Below, piece by piece: positions 33,778 through 43,460 of a DNA stretch of 64,000 bases. The first letter of the stretch is position 1. Each line of letters opens with the position of its first letter. The position numbers and the translations under genes were made by a program. The stretch comes from an uncultured Verrucomicrobiota bacterium (lineage in GTDB: Bacteria > Verrucomicrobiota > Verrucomicrobiia > Limisphaerales > UBA1100), in the NCBI GenBank assembly GCA_964616045.1, contig CAZTTU010000002.1, positions 6,392 to 70,391 on the forward strand, in the 5' to 3' direction. The notes beneath the pieces are model-generated. The model ran no database searches. It saw only the letters and a list, made by a program, of their open reading frames with translations, and was not told the origin of the DNA.

Positions 33778-34222
33778 TTGAGAGTGTGTCGAGGGCAAAG
33801 CGGCTCGCGAGTTTCTGCAATAATCGATTCTCCTTGCGTTTCATTATTCTGCGGGCAGGTGCTTGAGTGTCATCGTATCCGAGCAAGTGTAGTACACCGT
33901 GGATAATGTTGCGGGCAATCTCGTTACCGAGAGTAACCTGATAGTGGGCGGCGTGCTCGCTAGAAACGGCTGGACATATAATTAGTTCGCCATGGAGTAA
34001 TTTTGGGTTGGTGTAATCAAATGTGATTATATCAGTAGCACCTTCGTGCTGCAGGTGTTCAAGGTTGATTTTCGCCATGCGAGTTTCATTAACAAATACA
34101 ATAGTGAGGTCGTATGCGCTTATTTTTAGTAATTCGTCCATTAATAGGACGGTTGCTTTTTGAGCGTTTCTAGAGGCGATCAGGAATCGTCTTTGTTGGT
34201 TGCGGGTTTGAATTTGTTTCAT
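33770..34222 (-). CDS. ybeY: Endoribonuclease YbeY (rRNA maturation factor)
   Basis: Zinc motif HGVLHLLGYDD. 150 aa. Directly downstream of phoH, the conserved pairing. Confidence 0.9.
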   Translation of the reverse strand: MKQIQTRNQQRRFLIASRNAQKATVLLMDELLKISAYDLTIVFVNETRMAKINLEHLQHEGATDIITFDYTNPKLLHGELIICPAVSSEHAAHYQVTLGNEIARNIIHGVLHLLGYDDTQAPARRIMKRKENRLLQKLASRFALDTLSNA

Positions 34223-35175
34223 TCCTTGCGGCGACTATTTTCGTAAGCATGGATAATTTGTTGCACAAGTGGGTGTCGGACTACATCAATTTCTGAGAAT
34301 CTATTAATGGCTATGCCTTGAGTGTTTCCCAATGTCAACAGTGCCTCAATAAGGCCAGAAGGCCTCGAAGGCGGCAAGTCAACCTGGGTGGGGTCGCCGG
34401 TGATCACCGCTTTTGAATTGTATCCGAGCCTAGTTAGAAACATGAACATTTGTTCGTTCGTGGAATTTTGGGCTTCGTCGAGAATCACAAATGCACTGTT
34501 CAGTGTGCGGCCTCGCATATAGGCGAGTGGTGCGATCTCAATTGTCTCGCGTTCCATGTGCCTTTGTGTTTCTTCAATTGGCATCATGTCCGTGATCGCA
34601 TCGTGAAGAGGTCGTAAATACGGGCTGAGCTTTTCCCGTAAATCTCCAGGCAGAAAGCCCAACGCTTCGCCCGCTTCCACTGCTGGTCGGGTGAGAATAA
34701 TGCGGGATATATTGCCGCATCTTAATGCACTAAGAGCCATAGCCATTGCTAGGTATGTTTTACCAGTGCCGGCTGGGCCTATGCCAAAGGTAATGTCGTG
34801 GGAGTTAATGGCTTCCAAATAATTTTTTTGGCCTAAGGTTTTTGGGGTGACTTGGGGTTTGCGCGATGAGGTGGTGATTTTTTGAGCGTTCAGAGTTTTC
34901 AGGACGTCAATGCCGTTTTCCTTTACGGTCTCAATTGCCTTTAGGAATTCGCATTGGCCGGGGTGGTTTCCGGAAATAATTTGGTCTCGCAATGATTCAA
35001 AAACATGCTGAGCGCGGTTTATTGCGCTCTCTTCGCCGTCAAGTTTGATCCATCCATCGCGCACTGTAGCATCCACTTCAAGTGAATCTTTCAGTCGGCG
35101 GAGGTTTTTTATGTCATTGTTGAATAATTGTTGTGCTTGTCGTGCGCTATCGAAATGCAATGTGACGCTGGCCAT
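34219..35175 (-). CDS. ybeZ: PhoH-like ATPase (YbeZ)
   Basis: Walker A GPAGTGKTYLA, Walker B FVILDEAQN, and ITGDPTQVDLP. ATG at 35175 (a TTG alternative lies at 35190). Confidence 0.9.
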   Translation of the reverse strand: MASVTLHFDSARQAQQLFNNDIKNLRRLKDSLEVDATVRDGWIKLDGEESAINRAQHVFESLRDQIISGNHPGQCEFLKAIETVKENGIDVLKTLNAQKITTSSRKPQVTPKTLGQKNYLEAINSHDITFGIGPAGTGKTYLAMAMALSALRCGNISRIILTRPAVEAGEALGFLPGDLREKLSPYLRPLHDAITDMMPIEETQRHMERETIEIAPLAYMRGRTLNSAFVILDEAQNSTNEQMFMFLTRLGYNSKAVITGDPTQVDLPPSRPSGLIEALLTLGNTQGIAINRFSEIDVVRHPLVQQIIHAYENSRRKE

Positions 35176-35177
35176 GA

Positions 35178-35669
35178 TTATTTCTGGCAAAGTTCTGCGC
35201 GAAGCCTGGCGGCTGTTTCATTTAAGGCCTCAGGCAGTACAGTGGTGTCGCCGATCACGGGCATAAAATTAGTATCTCCAGTCCAGCGGGGAACGACATG
35301 AACATGCAGGTGTTCTTCGATGCCGGCGCCAGAGGATTTACCCAAGTTAATGCCGATGTTGAAGCCGTCTGGATTCATGGTTTTGGTTAAGGCGCATTTG
35401 ACCCTTTGCATTAGTTTGATCAAATCCATGTTTTCCTCATCTGTGAAGCCATCAAAATCGGAAGCCTGTTTGTAGGGTGCAATAAGTACGTGACCGCCAT
35501 TGTACGGATGTGTATTAAGAACAGCGTAACAGTGCTTTGCGCGTGCGATGACATAATTGGCTTCGTCTTCGTTTGATTTGCCAATTGCAGCGAAAACCGA
35601 GGTGTCGGCCTGGCGTGGTTTTGGGCCTAGGATATATTCAATGCGCCAAGGCGCGTGCAGTGCTCGCAT
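35178..35669 (-). CDS. HIT (histidine triad) family nucleotide hydrolase/transferase
   Basis: Histidine triad EHLHVHVVPR. ATG at 35669 (MRALHAPWRIEYI); a TTG alternative lies at 35705. Confidence 0.85.
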   Translation of the reverse strand: MRALHAPWRIEYILGPKPRQADTSVFAAIGKSNEDEANYVIARAKHCYAVLNTHPYNGGHVLIAPYKQASDFDGFTDEENMDLIKLMQRVKCALTKTMNPDGFNIGINLGKSSGAGIEEHLHVHVVPRWTGDTNFMPVIGDTTVLPEALNETAARLRAELCQK

Positions 35670-35725
35670 TCGCTTAAAACTAGGCTGCGATTGGCGGCTT
35701 GTCAAAAAGAACGCTTCGGCAGTAA

Positions 35726-38700
35726 TTAATCACTGAGCAGGGAATTAAGCTGAATCTTGGTTCGTGCGAATATTACGCGAATCACCTCAAGTAATTGGGC
35801 GGCTTGATGGAGGTTGTCGTTTATTGCCAATTGTTCCATTCTTGAAAAGATGACGGAAAGTCGGTTCGCGCCTAGATTCGCGCTGCTGCCCTTTAACTGG
35901 TGAGCAATGTTGTATATAGTTTTGGTGTCATTATTATCAATCGATTTGCTGAGGTGTTCGATCTGTTCTTGGGCCTGCTCTAGAAACAGTTCAATAATTT
36001 CCCGCAGAGCATTGTCCTGTCCGTTGTCGCGAAGTCTATCGAGGTGGGATTCGTCAAGTAAGATTAAGCCTGGATTGTCTGTGGTATCAATATTATCAAT
36101 CCCAAGTGATTTATTAATGGATTTCTCCAACTCGGCGAGTTGCACTGGCTTGGAAATAAAATCATCCATTCCGGCTTCAAGGCAGGCGGCGCGATCATCA
36201 TCGTGAGCATTCGCCGTCATGGCGATGATGTAAATCCGCTCTAGGTTTGGATTAGATAGTTCTCGTTGGCGGATTTGGCGGGTGGCTTCCAGGCCATCAA
36301 TGACCGGCATCTGGCAGTCCATTAAAATTATATCAAATTTACTCAAATCAGCATTCAGTACGCCTTTTCCGTTGGCTTGAATCTCAACCTCATGGCCAAG
36401 TTTGCCGAGCTGAAGTGTGGCGACGCGTTGGTTGATGGGGTTGTCCTCGGCAACCAGAACACGGAGTGATCGATGAAGGGTGGCGTCACTCTCGGGTTGT
36501 GTTTTTGGAGTATGTGGCTTGCCTGAAAGGGCAATGAGCAAGGCTTGGTGAAGGCGATCAAGGCGCACCGGTTTTAGAAGTGTCCCAGAAATGCCCAGTG
36601 TGCGCAACATGCTGGGATCTGCTTTGTGGCGACGTGTTGTTAGGAGGATGATCTTTGCTGAGCTGTTCTTTCCATTAGTTTGGATTTCCCGGACCATATC
36701 CAGGCAATCCTCATCTCTGAGTGCAATGTCAATAAGGATGAGGTCAAATTCGGTATTTTCCTTAAGTTGTTCTCTTGCCTCGCCACCTGAGGGGGCCGAG
36801 CAAATTTCCAAATTCCATTGTGAAGAATATTCAGAAATAGAGTTGCGGGCAAGGTCGTTTGGGACCACCAGAAGCAACTTGCGATCTGCGAGCTCAGGTG
36901 AGGGCGAATAGGTTTTACCGCCTGCTATTCCGAGGGTGACAGTGAAATGGAAAGTTGATCCGCCTCCTGATTTGCTTTCCATCCACATTTCGCCATTCAT
37001 CATCTCCGTTAGTTGACGTGAGATGGAAAGCCCCAATCCTGTGCCCCCATAGCGACGAGTGGTAGTACTGTCTGCCTGGCGAAACGCGTCAAAGATTTTT
37101 CCTTGCATCTCGGGTGTGATGCCGATGCCAGTGTCACGCACGGAGAACTGAATTTTGACATTCCCTTCGGTTTTCTCAATACGGCAAACTGACACTTGAA
37201 CTTCACCCTTCTCAGTGAATTTGACAGCATTGCTGACAAGATTTAAAACGATTTGTCGTAAGCGGCCGGCATCTCCCCAGAATTGCCCGTCTAAATTAAG
37301 TGGAATGTGGCAAATGAGCTCAATGTTGCGCGCATCAGCCCGTAAGGCGTGCAACTCAACGGCCTCCTCGATAATTTGCCTTAGAGAAAACTCTTCCTTC
37401 TCAAGTTCCAAGCGCCCGGCTTCGATTTTGGATAGATCAAGAATATCATTGAGGATTTCCAGCAAGGCATCAGCGCTCGTACGCACTGTACCAGCATATT
37501 CGTGTTGTTCGGTGGAGAGTTCGGTGGCTAGAAGCAAATCAATCATTCCGATGATGCCGTTCATTGGCGTTCGGATTTCATGACTCATCACCGCAAGGAA
37601 CTGCGCCTTCATTTCCGCGGCTTCCACGGCGAGATCCCGTGCGCGTGCACTCTCCTCCTCCGCCAATTTTAGGGCGGTGATATCGCGTGAAATGCCAATG
37701 ATCCCCGTAATGATCCCGGAGCGATTGGTGAAGGGCACCTTGGTGACTGAAGCCCAAATTGATCGGTGATTTGCATCCGTCTGTTTCTCTACCTTGTTGA
37801 TGATGGCATCCCCAGTAAGGATGACGCGCTGTTCGTCTTCATGAAATTGCCGAGCTTGGCTGTCAGGATGAAAGTCATAGTCTGTTTTGCCAACGAAATC
37901 TGCAGGAGTTTGTAAGCCTAATCGTTTTGCTAGTGCGGCACTGCCTCTGATGAATCTTGATTCAATATCTTTGATGTAAATCCTATCCGGGACATTCTCT
38001 AGTAAAGCATTGAGTAGATCGTGTTCATAGGCGAGTTGTTCCTCCATTTCATGTTTGTCGGTGACATCCCAAAACATGCATTGCAATCCGACAATCTTTC
38101 CGGCGTTATCTCGTAGGGGCGACTTTACTACTTCAACATGGAGATCTTTTCCGTTATGTTGATGATGAATTTCAGTAACTTTTAGCGTTTTTCCAGATTT
38201 CATGACGTTCTTGTCATCACGCCTGTATTTGTCTGCCAAATCTTTTGGAAAGAGATCGTGGTCTGTCTTTCCCAGGATTTCCTCAAGAGATTTGCCGATG
38301 ATTTCGCAAAAACGCTGGTTGGCAAAAGTAAAGATGCCGTCACGATTTTTTCTCAAAATGTTCTGTGGAATAGTTTCCACCAACGAATGGTAAAGAATTT
38401 CAGATTCGCGAAGGGCCTTCTCTGCATTCTTCTTCTCTGTTATGTCCATAACCGTCCCCTCGTAAAAAAGCAGGTTGCCTGATGTGTTCCGAACAGCCCT
38501 GACATTCTCCGATATCCAGATCAATTCGCCATCCACTCGGCGAACTTGGGATTCGAAATTGTGGATTATTCCTTTTTCTTGAATTGTATCGATGAATTCC
38601 TTGCGCCGTTTTGGGTCAACGTATAGTTGGTCGGATATATCTCTCATTCCTCCAATGAGATCTTCTGCTGAATCAAATCCGTATATTTTTGCGAGCATGG

Positions 38701-39385
38701 GATTGGCGGAAATAAATCTCCCAGATTGCGTCGTCTGAAAGACACCTTCTTGAATGTGTTTAAATATGCTTCGATATTTTTCCTCTGCCATTTCTGCGCC
38801 GAGCTCCTGAATTAATAATTCAGAATTTTCAGTTTCAAGAGCAATGGCACTTTTCCGATATGCCAGATTATGGCTTGCTTGGTTCGCGAGTAATTTTAAC
38901 GAATGAATTTGCTCAGTGGAAAGCCGGCAAGATTCCGTGCTTGCCACGCACAGTGAGCCTACTGCTTGGTCGTCAAAAATTACTGGGAAGCCGGCATAAG
39001 AGCGGACATTGTATTTTTGGGGTAGTAAAGTTAGTGATGAGAGGCGGTCATCAATTGTTATATCTTCTGCGATGATGGGCGAGCCATTCTCTACAACCAA
39101 TGTGCAGGGTGACTGGTTTCGCAAAATGCCATCGAGTGTCCATCCGTATTGGGCCTTGCACCATTGCACATTGTGATCAAGCAGGTTGATTGCGGCAAAA
39201 GGGGCTCGGGCAATAGTTGCCGCCAACTTAGCTAGATTGTCAAAAGCAGGCTCAGGGTCAGTGTGAAGAATTTGCAGGGCGCGGAGTATGTTTAGCCGTG
39301 CCTTTTCATCAGGTGTGTCGGGGCGTGGGTTGAGGGCTGGCACCGTAGGGCGAATTCTGCATTCCCTTGTGCGCAAGGCAAGCAC
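35726..39385 (-). CDS. Hybrid sensor histidine kinase: GAF - multiple PAS - HisKA - HATPase - REC - REC - HPt
   Basis: H-box FLAVMSHEIRTPMNGIIG; ATPase N and G boxes (NLVSNAVKFT, DTGIGI, GGTGLGLSI); a receiver domain (VLVAEDNPINQ...DIILMDCQMPVIDGLE...KP); a C-terminal HPt (AHQLKGSSANLGA); an N-terminal GAF-like region. GTG start. Confidence 0.9.
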   Translation of the reverse strand: MLALRTRECRIRPTVPALNPRPDTPDEKARLNILRALQILHTDPEPAFDNLAKLAATIARAPFAAINLLDHNVQWCKAQYGWTLDGILRNQSPCTLVVENGSPIIAEDITIDDRLSSLTLLPQKYNVRSYAGFPVIFDDQAVGSLCVASTESCRLSTEQIHSLKLLANQASHNLAYRKSAIALETENSELLIQELGAEMAEEKYRSIFKHIQEGVFQTTQSGRFISANPMLAKIYGFDSAEDLIGGMRDISDQLYVDPKRRKEFIDTIQEKGIIHNFESQVRRVDGELIWISENVRAVRNTSGNLLFYEGTVMDITEKKNAEKALRESEILYHSLVETIPQNILRKNRDGIFTFANQRFCEIIGKSLEEILGKTDHDLFPKDLADKYRRDDKNVMKSGKTLKVTEIHHQHNGKDLHVEVVKSPLRDNAGKIVGLQCMFWDVTDKHEMEEQLAYEHDLLNALLENVPDRIYIKDIESRFIRGSAALAKRLGLQTPADFVGKTDYDFHPDSQARQFHEDEQRVILTGDAIINKVEKQTDANHRSIWASVTKVPFTNRSGIITGIIGISRDITALKLAEEESARARDLAVEAAEMKAQFLAVMSHEIRTPMNGIIGMIDLLLATELSTEQHEYAGTVRTSADALLEILNDILDLSKIEAGRLELEKEEFSLRQIIEEAVELHALRADARNIELICHIPLNLDGQFWGDAGRLRQIVLNLVSNAVKFTEKGEVQVSVCRIEKTEGNVKIQFSVRDTGIGITPEMQGKIFDAFRQADSTTTRRYGGTGLGLSISRQLTEMMNGEMWMESKSGGGSTFHFTVTLGIAGGKTYSPSPELADRKLLLVVPNDLARNSISEYSSQWNLEICSAPSGGEAREQLKENTEFDLILIDIALRDEDCLDMVREIQTNGKNSSAKIILLTTRRHKADPSMLRTLGISGTLLKPVRLDRLHQALLIALSGKPHTPKTQPESDATLHRSLRVLVAEDNPINQRVATLQLGKLGHEVEIQANGKGVLNADLSKFDIILMDCQMPVIDGLEATRQIRQRELSNPNLERIYIIAMTANAHDDDRAACLEAGMDDFISKPVQLAELEKSINKSLGIDNIDTTDNPGLILLDESHLDRLRDNGQDNALREIIELFLEQAQEQIEHLSKSIDNNDTKTIYNIAHQLKGSSANLGANRLSVIFSRMEQLAINDNLHQAAQLLEVIRVIFARTKIQLNSLLSD

Positions 39386-39494
39386 GGAACTTAGCCTGAT
39401 TGTGTGAATAAGACTAACGGCTGATCACTTGACTCTCCGCGCAAGTAATCATACTTTTAAAACAACGTAGGAACGTTCAAGGATTAGGAGGAAG

Positions 39495-39872
39495 ATGAGG
39501 GATATTATTTTTGCGGGGTTATTGTTTGGATTGGTTATATTTCAAGCAGGTTGCTTGGTAGTGGGTGCCGTCGGTGCAGGGGCAGGCACTGCGATGTATG
39601 TCCGTGGTGACTTGGAAACCAAGTCTTCAAAGCCAGTGGCTGAAGTGTATTCGGCTGTTGAGCAGGCATGCAAAGAACTTGAGTTCGAGATTTACAAGCA
39701 TGAGCAAAAGGCGTTTTCCGGGTTGATCGTTGCTAACAGTGATTTTGGCAAGGTCGCTTTCACAATGAAAGGCAAATCGCCCACCGAAACCAAATTGTCC
39801 ATTCGAGTGGGTACTTTTGGGGACAAGGGCGCATCAGAGCTCATTCTCACCAAGCTTAAGCCAAAGCTTTAG
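39495..39872 (+). CDS. Small lipoprotein (resembles DUF3568-type lipoproteins; family recalled from memory, unverified)
   Basis: Lipobox VIFQAGC followed by a Gly/Ala-rich segment. 125 aa. A good SD (aggagg) sits 5 nt upstream of the ATG. Confidence 0.6.
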   Translation: MRDIIFAGLLFGLVIFQAGCLVVGAVGAGAGTAMYVRGDLETKSSKPVAEVYSAVEQACKELEFEIYKHEQKAFSGLIVANSDFGKVAFTMKGKSPTETKLSIRVGTFGDKGASELILTKLKPKL

Positions 39873-40804
39873 GCATTCTTCTTGCCCATGTTCAGGCAAA
39901 GGTAATCAAGATATTCAGACAACTTTGATTTCATTTGTGTCCTCTGAACAATTGCGTCAATTAACCCACGTTCCATGAGGAACTCAGCTGTCTGAAAACC
40001 TTTGGGAAGTTCGCTTTGCGTGGTGTCTTTGATGACGCGCGGACCAGCGAATCCAATCATGGCCTTGGGTTCGGATACTATTAGATCACCCAAGCTGGCA
40101 TAGCTCGCCATGACACCTGCCGTTGTGGGGTGAGTCAGTACGCTGATGTAAGGCAAACTCTGCCGGCCATGGTAGGCTACAGCGGCACTTGTCTTAGCCA
40201 TTTGCATTAGGCTGAACATGCCCTCATACATTCGAGCACCGCCACTGCTTGATATGAGAATAGCCGGCAGGCGGCGTTCTGTGGCGGTTTCTATAATGCG
40301 GGTGATTTTTTCTCCGACCACGGAACCCATTGACCCGCCAAGAAAATTGAAATCCATCACGCCTATGGCTGCATCGTGTTTATCTATTCGGCCGATGCCT
40401 GTTACGATTGCGTCTCGCAGGCCTGTCTTTTTTTGGTGCTTGTCCAGTTTGTCTGCATAGGTGGCAGTGCCGGTGAATTCTAGGGTGTCGACACTGGCCA
40501 TTTTGCTGTCGGTCGGTTCAAAGGATTCTGGTTCGAACAAATTATCAATCCGTCCCCAAGCAGTGATAGGGAAATGATGTGTACATTGCGGACAAACCTT
40601 AAGATTCTCTTCAAGCTCTTTATCAAAAATCATTTCCTCACATCCCGGGCATTTGGTCCAAAGGCCCTGGGGAATATCACGTTTCCGAGTTGTGCCGGGA
40701 ACTAGAGGCTTTTTTTCGATGGTTGGTTCAAGTTCGGATGGTGGAGGTGTCACAGCAGGTTCTGCTGAGTCTTGCCTCAAGGGTTTCTTGGCTTTATCCG
40801 TCAT
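39869..40804 (-). CDS. accD: Acetyl-CoA carboxylase carboxyltransferase beta subunit
   Basis: N-terminal zinc ribbon CPGCEEMIF...CPQCTHH. Carboxyltransferase core (FLGGSMGSVVGEKI, SSGGARMYEG). ATG at 40804 (a TTG alternative lies at 40828). Confidence 0.92.
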   Translation of the reverse strand: MTDKAKKPLRQDSAEPAVTPPPSELEPTIEKKPLVPGTTRKRDIPQGLWTKCPGCEEMIFDKELEENLKVCPQCTHHFPITAWGRIDNLFEPESFEPTDSKMASVDTLEFTGTATYADKLDKHQKKTGLRDAIVTGIGRIDKHDAAIGVMDFNFLGGSMGSVVGEKITRIIETATERRLPAILISSSGGARMYEGMFSLMQMAKTSAAVAYHGRQSLPYISVLTHPTTAGVMASYASLGDLIVSEPKAMIGFAGPRVIKDTTQSELPKGFQTAEFLMERGLIDAIVQRTQMKSKLSEYLDYLCLNMGKKNA

Positions 40805-40867
40805 TAGTGAAATTGATGTTAGTGTCAACGAATATTGGTGGAATTCGCTCGATTCTCACAAGAAAAA

Positions 40868-41602
40868 TCAAGGCAGCAATCCGCGCGTTAATGTGAGGAC
40901 GTCAACCTTTTTTGCCCCAGCCATCTTCAAAGCTCGAGCGCAAGCGCTGGCAGTGGCGCCGGTTGTCATAACATCGTCTATTAGCAATACCGAGCCATTT
41001 AGTATATGATTATTCTTCGCGGCAAATGCTCCTTCTACATTAGCGAAGCGCATTTTGGGAGGTAGGTAGGTTTGTGTTTCGGTGTTTTTAACGCGTTCAA
41101 TGGCGTTAGAGATTAAAGGTTTCTTTAAAAAAATTGAGACAGGTTTAGCGATGCGCTTGGCTTGATTGAAGCCTCTTTGGCGCTTTTTTACTGGATGTAG
41201 TGGTATGGGGACAATCCAATCATGTGACTGCATTGGAAATGGAATAGCTGTTCTTAGCCACCACTGCATCAAAGGCTCAAAAAAATCTGCAGGTTCATAT
41301 TTAAAGCGATGAACTATTTCTAGGCCTAATCCACGTGCGGCAATCAATGCACGTGCTCTCTCAAATTGTAATTCTAAATTATGGCAGTTAAAACAGGTGG
41401 AGGCACTAAAACTCTCGCTATTAAGAGGAAGCCCGCACTGATTGCACCAGGGTGGTTTTATCTGGCGCACACCCCGGAGGCATTGGGCACAAACGTATCC
41501 GTTGGATGGTTCCGCCTCTTGATTGTCGCAGATTTGGCATATTGTTGGAAATACCAGTGCAGCAATTGGTTCAATAAGATTGTTTTTTAGCCATGGATCC
41601 AC
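40868..41602 (-). CDS. comF: ComF-family phosphoribosyltransferase-domain protein
   Basis: N-terminal double Cys pairs (CQICDN...CAQC, CNQCG...CFNC). C-terminal PRTase motif VLLIDDVMTTGAT. GTG start. Confidence 0.8.
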   Translation of the reverse strand: MDPWLKNNLIEPIAALVFPTICQICDNQEAEPSNGYVCAQCLRGVRQIKPPWCNQCGLPLNSESFSASTCFNCHNLELQFERARALIAARGLGLEIVHRFKYEPADFFEPLMQWWLRTAIPFPMQSHDWIVPIPLHPVKKRQRGFNQAKRIAKPVSIFLKKPLISNAIERVKNTETQTYLPPKMRFANVEGAFAAKNNHILNGSVLLIDDVMTTGATASACARALKMAGAKKVDVLTLTRGLLP

Positions 41603-42509
41603 TATCGCAAAAGATAAACCAAACCATACAAAGGAGCAAGGGCGTCGCTATCCAGCCATCGCTGATGATTCCAGTGCCCCAAATGACTGATAATTCTTCG
41701 TTGGACGATTTCGTGGCAAACTCATTGATTCGAAAACAAATTATCCAGCCCGCATGCGCGCCGATTGAACAGTAAAGATTGCCGGTGTGTTGCCAAAGCC
41801 CGCAGAGAGTCATGCCTGCCAGCAGAAGATTGGTGAATTTTGCGGGGCCAAATTGGATGCTCCAGAAACTTTCCAGCATGTCAGGCAGTGTTGTCATGCC
41901 TGAGGTCCATGTAATAGTTTCGACCAGTGGTTTTTGAGTGATGAAATGCGCGGTGGCAAATAGCAGCGAGCTCGCCAGAGCTGCCCAACGCCAATTAAAA
42001 TCACGGCGCAACAAGCCAAACAGAGCGCCTCGGAACAAGGTTTCCTCCATCACAGCTAAAGCCAGTGCACTGGCAAAAATGCCGGGTAATTTATAGGCCC
42101 CGCTGATCAGACCATGATCGTGCTTGAACTCCCGAGTCTCCAGTATGAGAGACATGGTGGCTGCTGCGGCGAGGGAAGTAAGGCCCAGCAGGAGTCCTTG
42201 ACCAAGCCGAGACCATTGCCCAGAGGGCTTTACCCAACCAATATCCCGATATGAATTGATCTTGGTATAGTACAAGAGCAAGCAGAGCCCAATCAGAGCC
42301 AGCCCTTCCATGCAGCGTTTTACATAGCGGTGGAAATCGTTGTGAGACTTGAGAAATTGAAGAAATCCTAGCCCTTGACTTGTTGTCAAATGTTCTTGCT
42401 CCGGTTTGTCCGGAGTGGGAGAGACCGCCGTCCATAGCAGTGGGGCAAGCAGGGCAGCACCTAGGAACACAGCGGCTAGGTAAATGGCAATAGCTTTGGT
42501 ATGTCGCAA
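41571..42509 (-). CDS. CPBP-family (CAAX-like) intramembrane glutamic protease
   Basis: Polytopic membrane protein with EETLFRGALFG (EExxxR) and FATAH motifs. Overlaps the comF start by 32 nt. Confidence 0.75.
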   Translation of the reverse strand: MRHTKAIAIYLAAVFLGAALLAPLLWTAVSPTPDKPEQEHLTTSQGLGFLQFLKSHNDFHRYVKRCMEGLALIGLCLLLYYTKINSYRDIGWVKPSGQWSRLGQGLLLGLTSLAAAATMSLILETREFKHDHGLISGAYKLPGIFASALALAVMEETLFRGALFGLLRRDFNWRWAALASSLLFATAHFITQKPLVETITWTSGMTTLPDMLESFWSIQFGPAKFTNLLLAGMTLCGLWQHTGNLYCSIGAHAGWIICFRINEFATKSSNEELSVIWGTGIISDGWIATPLLLCMVWFIFCDSGSMAKKQSY

Positions 42510-42575
42510 GTGTCGCAGTACATCTGTAAACCTTCATCACGCCAAGAGATTTTTGTTCGAAGGAATTGAAAGCAG

Positions 42576-43457
42576 TTGTTTCATTTGGCGTTTTCTGTCA
42601 AAAGAGCACCAATAATATCAAACACAATCGAACTTATAGAAAATAAGAAATTTGGGCAATACCGCCTTTTGGAGCGCATCGCTCAGGGTGGGTTGGCAAC
42701 TATTTGGCTCGTATCTGACGGTGCGGGAGATACATGTGCCCTTCGGGTGATGCATGATAATTTCCGATCAGGATCATCGGGCCCCAAATTGTTTCGCCGT
42801 GGGTGTGAAATAATGAGCAAGCTTTCTCCGCATCCAAACATTGCCGGCTACATTTCGCACGGAGTTGAAAATCGTCGTGAATACATCGCATTGGAATATA
42901 TCGAAGGATTAAATCTGCGCGAATTGATGGTGAAAAAGGATCCTCTCCTGAGCGATATCTTGAGTGATTTAGCTGTGGAGTTGGCGGAGGCGCTAGAACA
43001 TGTGCACGATCAGGGATACATGCACTTGGATATAAAACCTGAAAACATCATCATTAGCCGGGCTGGGGAGCTCTATCTTTGTGACTTTGACACGGCTCAA
43101 ACGATTCCAGACAAGCCTATTAAAATTGAGAAGAAGTCCGGCACGCCATTCTATATGCCACCTGAAGTCACAAATGGTTGGAAGTTTGATCATCGGGCCG
43201 ATATCTATGCCTATGCGGTTACGATTTATGAATTGCTTACCAATGTTAAACCATTTGAAGGCCAAACCCAGAAAGTGATGTTGGCCAATCAACTAAATGC
43301 GCGCTACAGAATTCGAAAATTGCGTGATTTTAATTCCAATATCCCAATCGGGTTGGAACAATTAATAATCAAATGCCTTGATTTTGTGCCGGAAAAGCGC
43401 CCCCCGAATATGACGGTGCTTGTTCGAGAATTACACAGAATTCTCGGAGTCCAATAA
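42576..43457 (+). CDS. Ser/Thr protein kinase-fold protein with degenerate catalytic motifs (possible pseudokinase)
   Basis: Hanks-type order of motifs but atypical residues: AQGGLATI for GxGxxG, CALRV for VAxK, HLDIKPEN for HRDxKxxN, DFD for DFG, and FYMPPE for APE. TTG start, so the start is uncertain. Confidence 0.7.
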   Translation: MFHLAFSVKRAPIISNTIELIENKKFGQYRLLERIAQGGLATIWLVSDGAGDTCALRVMHDNFRSGSSGPKLFRRGCEIMSKLSPHPNIAGYISHGVENRREYIALEYIEGLNLRELMVKKDPLLSDILSDLAVELAEALEHVHDQGYMHLDIKPENIIISRAGELYLCDFDTAQTIPDKPIKIEKKSGTPFYMPPEVTNGWKFDHRADIYAYAVTIYELLTNVKPFEGQTQKVMLANQLNARYRIRKLRDFNSNIPIGLEQLIIKCLDFVPEKRPPNMTVLVRELHRILGVQ

Positions 43458-43460
43458 ATT

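Noticed and set aside
42091-42540. A 149-aa ORF overlapping the CPBP protease gene in another frame, and similar alternative-frame ORFs (e.g. 44414-44872 in the BASS gene, 14373-14756 in rodA)
   Set aside because: They lie in alternative frames within well-supported membrane-protein genes. Their composition (Arg/Pro/Ser/Cys-rich) is that of out-of-frame translation.
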